The position numbers were made by a program, and so were the translations under genes. Positions 41,673 through 49,326 of a stretch of DNA of 64,000 nucleotides are shown one piece after another. The notes below the pieces were generated by a model. The model saw only the letters and a list, made by a program, of their open reading frames with translations, ran no database searches and was not told the DNA's origin. Positions within the stretch are counted from its first letter, which is position 1. Every line of letters starts with the position of its first letter. This DNA is from Bradymonadia bacterium (lineage in GTDB: Bacteria; Myxococcota_A; Bradymonadia; UBA7976; UBA1532): assembly GCA_046290225.1 (NCBI GenBank), contig JBKAGE010000081.1, positions 32,001 to 96,000 on the forward strand. Direction: 5' to 3'.

Positions 41673-42911
41673 ATGAAGCGACTGTGGTTGTGCACCATGG
41701 TGTTTTGGGCCTGCGATGGGGCTCTGGACGCTGATCTGGGCGATGACGGCATCGGCGCCTTCGAGAGAGATGCTGGACCTGCGGGGGGTGAGGGCAGGGA
41801 TGCTCGAATCCCCACGGACATCCAAGAGCCCGGAGGTCGCGATTCTGGCGTCGAAGGGGCTGAAGACGCCGAAGTAGGCGAGGGCCCTGATGCAGAGCCA
41901 CTGCGCGACCGGGACGCTCAAGTGCTCCAGCCGCTCGAAGATGCGTCGATCGATGCGCCAGATCTCGACGCACAAGTCGAAGAGGGCGTCCGCGATGCGG
42001 CCCCACGAGCCGACGCCTTCATACCGGAGGACAACTGGGGCCCGTGTGCCGTTCGAGGGGTGCCTGGAGAGTGCCTGCACGTGGATGACTGTTTCGCACC
42101 AGCGCGCTCGACGCCTGGCCTCTGCCCGGGGCCCGCTGAGATCCAGTGCTGTGCCGAGGTGCCCGAAGAGCCACCCGTCGATCAGCCCCCGGTTCAAGAT
42201 TGTGATCCCGACGATATGCCCACCCCCCACGAGGGTCTGCGCTCAGCCCCTGGAGAGGGGCCGTGCCCTGAGGGGATGGCGTGGATTCGACCCGACAACG
42301 CTGCCGACTACTGTATGGATCGCTACGAAGGCGCCCTCATGGAGGTCTTCGGGGATGGATCCGAGTCGCCGTGGTCCCCCTACCACAACCCGGGCAATCG
42401 GCGCGTACGGGCGGTCTCCATCGAAGGGGCCGTGCCCCAGGGGTACATCGACGGGGTGCAAGCGCAGCGGGCCTGTGAAGAAGCCGGAAAGCGGCTGTGC
42501 TCCGATCAGGAGTGGCTGCGGGCGTGTCAGGGGGCTGAAGGGCTGCGCTATCCCTATGGCGCCGAGCGGGTGGACGGCCTGTGCAACGACGCTCGGGCCC
42601 AGCACCCGGCAGTTCAGTTGTTCCCCAACGATCCCAACCCCTTCGCCCGCATACAGCATGCGTGTATCAACCAGCTGCCCGAGGGGCTGGCGCCCTCAGG
42701 GGATCACGGGGCGTGTGTTACCGAGGAGGGGGTGTACGATCTCATGGGCAACCTGCACGAGTGGACCTCTGATCCCACCGGCACGTTTCGAGGAGGCTTC
42801 TATGTGGACACAGTGCGGAACGGCCCGGGTTGCCTGTACCGCACCACGGCCCACAACCGGCTGCACTGGGATTACTCCACCGGCTTCCGCTGCTGCGCCG
42901 ACGGCGAATGA
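41673..42911 (+). CDS. FGE-sulfatase (SUMF1/EgtB/PvdO) domain lipoprotein
   Basis: CPEGM, CMDRYE, GKRLC...[21 protein letters not shown]. Confidence 0.85.
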   Translation: MKRLWLCTMVFWACDGALDADLGDDGIGAFERDAGPAGGEGRDARIPTDIQEPGGRDSGVEGAEDAEVGEGPDAEPLRDRDAQVLQPLEDASIDAPDLDAQVEEGVRDAAPRADAFIPEDNWGPCAVRGVPGECLHVDDCFAPARSTPGLCPGPAEIQCCAEVPEEPPVDQPPVQDCDPDDMPTPHEGLRSAPGEGPCPEGMAWIRPDNAADYCMDRYEGALMEVFGDGSESPWSPYHNPGNRRVRAVSIEGAVPQGYIDGVQAQRACEEAGKRLCSDQEWLRACQGAEGLRYPYGAERVDGLCNDARAQHPAVQLFPNDPNPFARIQHACINQLPEGLAPSGDHGACVTEEGVYDLMGNLHEWTSDPTGTFRGGFYVDTVRNGPGCLYRTTAHNRLHWDYSTGFRCCADGE

Positions 42912-42912
42912 C

Positions 42913-43632
42913 TCACGCGGCCTCGATGGCCTTCGGGGCGGGCTTGAGCCATGCGAAGGCTTGCTCGGTGATGGCCCGGGCATCTGGCCCCGTGAGGGGC
43001 TCACCGTGGCTCATGATCACCTGTGAGTAGGGCCACTCCAGCCAGCGAGAGACGCTCTCGCGGGCGGCGGCCTTGTCTTTGACGGTGAACTTCAACAGTC
43101 GAGGCACGGCGGTCTTGCGCAACACACCCTCGAGCTTGAAGACGATCTTGCTGAGGAAACCGTCGACGCGGTGGATGTTCATCAACACGTCGGTGAACAA
43201 GATCGCGCCGCTTTTGCGGTGAAAGAAGACGTGCTCGTTGAAGAGCGGAGCGCCGGCGAAGAGACGATGCTCAATCTCTCCAGGCCAGAGCTGGGTCGCG
43301 TCGTCCAGCACCCCGTCGAACTTCAGGTCTTTGCGCTTCTTTTGCAGCCCGTCGGCGATCCAGACCTTGGCGTCGGGGTATCGGGCCTGCACATCGCTCA
43401 CGTACACATGGTGGTAGGTGTTGGGCGCGATGAGATGGGCCACAGGGCCGAGCTCGGCCATAGCCTGAGCGAGCGTGTCGTCGATGGGCACGGGGGAATG
43501 TAGGACGAGGCTGCCATCAGCGAGCCGCATCACCACCATACGGCCTCGGGTATCGAGGCCCAGCCACTTGTGGGGGTTGTTGACGATCCAGAGGTCTTCG
43601 CCCATGGGGACGAGCGTGCGATCAGGGGTCAT
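42913..43632 (-). CDS. DUF4336 family protein (metallo-beta-lactamase-like fold)
   Basis: RMVVMRL..G.L.LHSP, IAPNTYHH, E.VFFH, MSHG; ATG 43632 with GGAG RBS. Confidence 0.8.
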   Translation of the reverse strand: MTPDRTLVPMGEDLWIVNNPHKWLGLDTRGRMVVMRLADGSLVLHSPVPIDDTLAQAMAELGPVAHLIAPNTYHHVYVSDVQARYPDAKVWIADGLQKKRKDLKFDGVLDDATQLWPGEIEHRLFAGAPLFNEHVFFHRKSGAILFTDVLMNIHRVDGFLSKIVFKLEGVLRKTAVPRLLKFTVKDKAAARESVSRWLEWPYSQVIMSHGEPLTGPDARAITEQAFAWLKPAPKAIEAA

Positions 43633-43655
43633 GGGGTGCTCCGCTTGAATGATTT

Positions 43656-43717
43656 TGGTCAAGCTTCTTGTCTAACTGGATGGCGTCCCTTGACGAGATT
43701 GTCAAGCTGCTTTTCTA
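43656..43717. promoter_or_regulatory. Two candidate MarR operator boxes
   Basis: TGGTCAAGCTTCTTGTCTA (43656-43674) and TTGTCAAGCTGCTTTTCTA (43699-43717), both near-matches to the palindrome TAGTCAAG-N3-CTTGACTA, between divergent genes. Confidence 0.6.
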
Positions 43718-43748
43718 TTGGGGAAGCGAAACTTTCGAAAAGCCCTTC

Positions 43749-44228
43749 ATGAGCGACGAACACGAGTATTTCTCCGAGCACCTCGAGTCGGCCAAAGGCG
43801 ACAACATGGGGCACCTCCTCATCAAGGCCGCGCGGCTGTTCAACGAGCACTCGCTGGGCCGGCTCCAGGCCTCGGTGACCCCCTACGCCGGGGTGCGTAT
43901 GGCCCACTTGTCCCTGATGCCCCACCTCGATCTCGAAGGCACCCGCATCACCGAGCTCGCCCGGCGGGTGGGGGTGAGCAAGCAGGCGGTGGGGCAACTC
44001 GTCGACGACATGCAGCGCATGGGGCTGGTGCGCCGCGAGCGGGATCCGGATGATGGCCGCGCCCGCCGGGTGGTCTTCACCGAGAAAGGTCAGGCGGGCA
44101 TGTTGCAGGGGCTGTCCATCCTCGACGCCGTGGGCGCCGAGGTGACCCACGTGCTCGGTGAGGCCGAGACTGGCCCGTTCCTCGACGCCCTGCGACGCAT
44201 CATTGATCACTTCGAAGAGAGCCCATGA
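43749..44228 (+). CDS. MarR family transcriptional regulator
   Basis: ITELARRVGVSKQAV, GLVRR..DPDDGRARRV.FTEKG. Confidence 0.92.
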   Translation: MSDEHEYFSEHLESAKGDNMGHLLIKAARLFNEHSLGRLQASVTPYAGVRMAHLSLMPHLDLEGTRITELARRVGVSKQAVGQLVDDMQRMGLVRRERDPDDGRARRVVFTEKGQAGMLQGLSILDAVGAEVTHVLGEAETGPFLDALRRIIDHFEESP

Positions 44229-45004
44229 CGATCTGGCCCGAACACCTCGACCATTTCTCCACCACTGCGCTGGCCACGTTCCTCGAGCAGGCAGATCGCC
44301 CGGTGGTGCTCTGGCCCGTGGGCAGTGTGGAGCCTCACGGCCCGCATCTACCCCTGGGCACCGACACCCTCATTTCGAAGCACAACGCCGAGGAGGCGCT
44401 CCGCAAGCTTCGGGCAGAGGGGGTGCAGGCGGTGATCGCCCCGGCGCTGCCGTATGGGGTCACCGACTTCGCCGCGGGCTTCGCCGGCGCCGTGAGCGTG
44501 CCGGCGCCGATCCTGGTGGGCCTGATCACGGCCTGTGTGACCGCGTGGCTCTCCGAAGGCTTCGCCCACGTGAGCCTGATCAACCATCACCTCGAGCCGG
44601 GTCAGCTGAAGGCGCTGGCCACGGCCCGGAGGGAGATCGCCAGCGCCCACGGCAAGCACACCATCTCGGCCCCTGCGGTGACGAGCTCACGTTGGGGTCG
44701 CCGTCTGACCCCGGAGTTCAAGAGCGGGGCGTGTCACGCGGGGTGCTATGAGACCTCATTGATCCTCGCCACCTCGCCGGCGCTGGTCGACATGGACGCC
44801 GCGACAGCGCTCCCGTCGATCCCCGTGAGCCTGAGCGAGGCGATCAAGGCAGGCCAGCAGACCTTCGTCGAGGCGGGGATGAGCGAGGCCTACACGGGGG
44901 CGCCCGGGGCTGCCACCGAGGACGAAGGACACGCGACGTACAGCCTCCACGGCGACATGGTGGCCACAGAGGTGCTCGAAGCCCTCGAAGCTCGGCTGAG
45001 CTGA
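44225..45004 (+). CDS. Creatininase / creatinine amidohydrolase family protein
   Basis: PVGSVEPHGPHLPLGTD, HAG..ETS. Confidence 0.88.
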   Translation: MTIWPEHLDHFSTTALATFLEQADRPVVLWPVGSVEPHGPHLPLGTDTLISKHNAEEALRKLRAEGVQAVIAPALPYGVTDFAAGFAGAVSVPAPILVGLITACVTAWLSEGFAHVSLINHHLEPGQLKALATARREIASAHGKHTISAPAVTSSRWGRRLTPEFKSGACHAGCYETSLILATSPALVDMDAATALPSIPVSLSEAIKAGQQTFVEAGMSEAYTGAPGAATEDEGHATYSLHGDMVATEVLEALEARLS

Positions 45005-45041
45005 GGGTATCCTCCCTGAGAACATCCTGCTGGAGAAACTG

Positions 45042-46223
45042 ATGTCCGACCCGAAACCCCTGCTCGATCTCTTCGCCATCGAAGATCTCTGGACCTCAGA
45101 GCAGCGCATGGCCCGCGACGCGGTGCGCCGCTTCTCCCGTGAGGTGTGCCTCCCGAAGTTCCAGGGGGCGTTTCGCGACGAGATTTTTCCCGATGAGCTG
45201 ATCCCTGGTCTCGGAGAGCTGGGTGTGCTCGGGGCCAACCTGAAGGGGTATGGCTGCGCTGGCATGGACGAGGTGGCCTACGGCCTGGTCATGCGAGAGG
45301 TGGAGTACGTCGACAGCGGCCTGCGCAGCTTCGTGAGCGTGCAGGGGGCATTGTGCATGTACCCGATCTACGCCTTTGGCACCGAGGCTCAGAAGCAGAA
45401 GTTCCTGCCCCGGATGGCCAAGGGCGAGCTCATCGGCTGCTTCGGCCTCACCGAGCCCGACAGCGGCAGCGATCCGAGCTCGATGCGCACCCGAGCCCGG
45501 AAGGTTAAGGGCGGCTATGTGCTCGACGGCGCCAAGATGTGGATCACCAATGCCCCCATCGCCGGCCTCGCTGTGGTGTGGGCCAAGGTCGAGGACGGCG
45601 ATCAGCGCTCGATCCGCGGGTTCCTGGTGGAGCGCGAGTTCGAGGGCTTCTCCACCCCGAAGATGAGCCACAAGCTCTCGCTCCGGGCCTCCTGGACGGG
45701 GGAGATCCACCTCGACAACTGCTTCGTGCCTGAGGAGAACGTGCTGCCGGAGGTCGAGGGCCTCAAGGGGCCGCTGTCGTGTCTGACCCAGGCCCGCTTC
45801 GGCATCTCCTGGGGCGCCCTCGGTGCGGCGATGTGCTGCTACGAGTCGGCCCTGGACTACGCTCGGGAGCGCACCCAGTTCGGCACCCCCATCGCCGGGT
45901 TCCAGCTGACCCAGCAAAAGTTGGTCGACATGGGGTCCCGCATCGTGCACGGCCACCTGCTCTCCCATCACCTAGCCACCTTGAAGCAGCAGGGCAAGCT
46001 CAACCCGATCCAGGTGTGCCTCGCCAAGCGCGAGAACGTGGCCTCGGCCCTGCACATCGCCCGCACCGCCCGGAGCGTGCTCGGGGCCAACGGCATCATG
46101 GACGAGTACCCGGTTCAGCGGCACGCCATGAACCTCGAGAGCGTCTACACCTACGAGGGCACCCACGAGGTGCACACCCTGGCCATCGGCCGCGCCCTCA
46201 CGGGTCTGAGCGCCTTCTCCTGA
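45042..46223 (+). CDS. Acyl-CoA dehydrogenase, glutaryl-CoA dehydrogenase-like
   Basis: VDSGLRSFVSVQ, GCFGLTEPDSGSDP, KMWITN, LGANGI, TYEGTHEVH. Confidence 0.9.
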   Translation: MSDPKPLLDLFAIEDLWTSEQRMARDAVRRFSREVCLPKFQGAFRDEIFPDELIPGLGELGVLGANLKGYGCAGMDEVAYGLVMREVEYVDSGLRSFVSVQGALCMYPIYAFGTEAQKQKFLPRMAKGELIGCFGLTEPDSGSDPSSMRTRARKVKGGYVLDGAKMWITNAPIAGLAVVWAKVEDGDQRSIRGFLVEREFEGFSTPKMSHKLSLRASWTGEIHLDNCFVPEENVLPEVEGLKGPLSCLTQARFGISWGALGAAMCCYESALDYARERTQFGTPIAGFQLTQQKLVDMGSRIVHGHLLSHHLATLKQQGKLNPIQVCLAKRENVASALHIARTARSVLGANGIMDEYPVQRHAMNLESVYTYEGTHEVHTLAIGRALTGLSAFS

Positions 46224-46378
46224 CCCCTGGTCGAGGCCCCCTGGGTCCCGACGCATTTTTCGCTGTGGTCGAGGCGGGCAGCGGCCGATATGTTCATAGA
46301 ACGGCGAGCGAGATGCCCGATCTCGTTCGTGTGGATGTGACTTCTCGAACGTGCCAGAGGCACGGGGAGCGACCAGGC

Positions 46379-47056
46379 ATGGGTGATCCCACCATCGTCT
46401 TCACCATCGGTTACCTGCACTCCAGAGCGCTCTGGCAGAGCATCGGACAGCTCAGCGCGTGTTTGTCGAACGATGCTGCCGAGGGCAACCTGAGGCAGGA
46501 GCTGGGCAAGGGGGCGAGCACCTGGTTGCCTGATCAGTGCATCGACGCCATCGCGGTGCTGAGCAACCGCCTGCGCTGGCAGTGGACGGGCTACCAGGAC
46601 ATCCTCCGGGAGGCCATCGGCGCCCAGGGCCTGCTCCGGGGCTTTGCGGAGATCGACGCCCAGGGCCCTGACGAGCGTACTGAAGGTGTGCGCAAGCTGA
46701 TCCAGTCCATCGCAGAGCACTCCGGGGAGCTCTTCCGCCAGGTGAAGGTGGTGAACCCCTCGAACACCGACATCAAGATGCTTTTCGTGGGGCAGCAGGT
46801 GGGCAAGATCGACCAGATCCTCCGTGAGGGTGAGCGCCACGGCGCCATCGAGGGGGTGATGCCTGCCTGTCAAGAGGCCCTGGCCACTCTCTTCGTGGAG
46901 ATCTCTCATCAAGATCTGCAAGACGTGCTCGGCGAGTTCCGCCAAGTGAAGAGCAGCGTGGGCAAGGTGGCTCAGCCCGCCATGCGAGCCTTCGTCTCAC
47001 AGATGAAAGACGCGTTCTTGTGGGACGTGGAGCGCTCTGCTGCGACTACGATGTAG
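46379..47056 (+). CDS. Hypothetical helical protein
   Basis: Host-like codon bias from ATG 46379; no motif recognised. Confidence 0.6.
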   Translation: MGDPTIVFTIGYLHSRALWQSIGQLSACLSNDAAEGNLRQELGKGASTWLPDQCIDAIAVLSNRLRWQWTGYQDILREAIGAQGLLRGFAEIDAQGPDERTEGVRKLIQSIAEHSGELFRQVKVVNPSNTDIKMLFVGQQVGKIDQILREGERHGAIEGVMPACQEALATLFVEISHQDLQDVLGEFRQVKSSVGKVAQPAMRAFVSQMKDAFLWDVERSAATTM

Positions 47057-47072
47057 AATTCAGCTAGGCATC

Positions 47073-49166
47073 TCAGAACGCTTCTAGGTGATCGTCAGTA
47101 AAGAGGTTGTAGAGTTCTACACCAACAATGAGCCGAGCCCTGTTCCATCCTTTGTTCATCCGCGTGTGATGTTCGACCGCGGAGGGTACTCTGGTAAGGT
47201 TATACCCAACACCCAAGCGCAACGAGTTGACGAATATATTGAATTGAGGGCCAGCGATGATGAACTCATCGGTCTCCTTCTCTTCACCCTCTGTTGCTTC
47301 GAGTGTGTACGACTCTGATTGCATATAGCCACCGAAGCCGAAGCCCAAGTATGTGGACTGATGTGGTACCCAACGAAAGCCAATGAGGTCAATCATGGGA
47401 ACGACATCCTCCGCGTTGAGTTCCAGCTTGCTGTCTACACTGACCCGACTGGTGATGCCATTCCACGCGAGTAGGGAATACCATTGATCCTTATCCTCAT
47501 AGAACCAGTTGGTTGACACAATACCGGGGGGGGGGGCGCGGTTTTCTTTTCTCTCAATTAAGACGCTGGATGCTTGAGGGAGTGCCTTGGCGAAATTTGT
47601 ATAGAAGCGAGCCTGAACTTCTGGATCTTTTACAGCTTTTCTTAGGGAGGCCACTCTCATCTTGGCTGCCTTCATTTTGCCAATGATGATCTTCAGAGAT
47701 ACGTCGACGTTATCAATTGAACTCATGAAGCTCTCAGTGTCATTCTTGATCTGATCTATCCGCTCTTTGGCGTTGAGTACGGCGGGATCCTCTTTGAGCT
47801 CCTTGATCTTCTTTTCGATTTTCTTCTCGACTGCCTGCTTGGCTTCGTTTGCTATGTCGCGGTAGAGCGGCTCAAGCTTGTCAATTGCTTGATCTAGCGC
47901 CTTCTCGGCGTTCTTCAGCTCTTTGTTCGTCTTGCTCTCTATATCAGATAACACATTCCTGTACGCGTTCAGTGCATTGAGCAAATTCGATTCATCAATC
48001 GCATCTCTGCAATTAGAAAGGTGTTGTGGGGTCGAGGGTTGTTGCCCCACCATGCCCTTGCCCAACCATTCGAGCGTCTTCTTGATGTGGCTTGCATTAC
48101 CTGTGATACACTCATAGTCATTCTTGATGTCGTCCTTGATTTTCTTCAGCTCTGGTGTCTGTTCAATTGCTTTTTTTGCCGCATCAATTATATCTTGAAA
48201 TGGGCGCAAGTCAGAGTTGGATTCAACATAAGCCGTATATTCAGCCTCGAAGTCTTCGGAAGGCTTGGATGCGTCTTCAGGCCATATACGCAGAGAAAAA
48301 TCTGCTCGAAAAGGCATGTGGCGCTTCTTGAGTTCATGAATTTTGATGGTTACTCGGTCATTCTTACTATTTTGACTCGATGTGATATCTTTGAAGAATA
48401 CGACGTCGTCGTTCCTTAATACAGATATGTACTTTGCGAAGTCCTTTATGTCTGTGTTGTTAACTGTTTGAAGTCGGATGTGGTATCCAACATCATGATG
48501 ATATTTCCATATCATTGGGCATGTGCGAATGCGTGTTTTATCTTCGTCACCCTCCTTCTGCATATGCACGAACTCGGCCTTTGCGTATGCATTTTCTTTT
48601 TGGTTTTTTTTGCCTTCTTTGTCTTTCGTGGCTTTGCAAATCCCTTCAACTACGTCTTCCGAAGTACAATCTGTGCTATCTGAGTCTATGCAATACTTGT
48701 CACTGGGATTGTTGAGGCCGATGCTGTCATCGAAGAATAGCGGAATGCCTCTTGGTACTATGATGCCCTCTCCAGTTTTCTTGATACATACTCTCTGAGT
48801 GAATAGTTCAAGGTTTTGTTTCCAGTTCTTGTCGCCTTTGTCGTCTGATTCCAGCCTTTTTATGTCTTCTATGTCCTTGAACTGATTGATGTCTGTGATA
48901 TCTTTTCGGTCTGACTCACGCCAGATTTGAATTGTGAGTTCACATGAAGCCGGATCACCACCGCCATGCATCACAATTTTGGATAGAACATCCTCCTGGA
49001 AGTCGGCTGCTCTCATCTTCTTTTTGGTATCACCCTTGGGGCTGGCCTTCTCGGAGCCATTCGGCGTTACTCGAACTTCTTTCAACCTTATTGCTGCGGG
49101 CTTGGAACACCCAAATGCTTGTACCAATATGCACAAACAGCCGCCAATCCACTTCCAGTGACTCAC
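47073..49166 (-). CDS. AT-rich hypothetical lipoprotein with coiled coil and C-terminal beta-strand domain
   Basis: AGGAGG RBS before GTG 49166, lipobox AFGC, Lys/Glu/Asp-rich heptads, amphipathic strands ending in Phe. Confidence 0.75.
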   Translation of the reverse strand: MSHWKWIGGCLCILVQAFGCSKPAAIRLKEVRVTPNGSEKASPKGDTKKKMRAADFQEDVLSKIVMHGGGDPASCELTIQIWRESDRKDITDINQFKDIEDIKRLESDDKGDKNWKQNLELFTQRVCIKKTGEGIIVPRGIPLFFDDSIGLNNPSDKYCIDSDSTDCTSEDVVEGICKATKDKEGKKNQKENAYAKAEFVHMQKEGDEDKTRIRTCPMIWKYHHDVGYHIRLQTVNNTDIKDFAKYISVLRNDDVVFFKDITSSQNSKNDRVTIKIHELKKRHMPFRADFSLRIWPEDASKPSEDFEAEYTAYVESNSDLRPFQDIIDAAKKAIEQTPELKKIKDDIKNDYECITGNASHIKKTLEWLGKGMVGQQPSTPQHLSNCRDAIDESNLLNALNAYRNVLSDIESKTNKELKNAEKALDQAIDKLEPLYRDIANEAKQAVEKKIEKKIKELKEDPAVLNAKERIDQIKNDTESFMSSIDNVDVSLKIIIGKMKAAKMRVASLRKAVKDPEVQARFYTNFAKALPQASSVLIERKENRAPPPGIVSTNWFYEDKDQWYSLLAWNGITSRVSVDSKLELNAEDVVPMIDLIGFRWVPHQSTYLGFGFGGYMQSESYTLEATEGEEKETDEFIIAGPQFNIFVNSLRLGVGYNLTRVPSAVEHHTRMNKGWNRARLIVGVELYNLFTDDHLEAF

Positions 49167-49326
49167 TTCGTCCTCCTGTAGGTTGTGTGTGAGTGTGCCC
49201 CCCTCTTGCGAAGTGGAATCATATTCGGATGTCGTGATGTTGCAACGGGAATTTGAAAGGACATCCATAGTAGGCGGCTCTTCATAATCTACTCTTGACC
49301 ATACTATTATGGTACGTGCGTACTTG

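Noticed and set aside
49298..49313. Palindrome ACCATA-CTAT-TATGGT between divergent genes
   Set aside because: Single short palindrome with no cognate regulator nearby; could arise by chance
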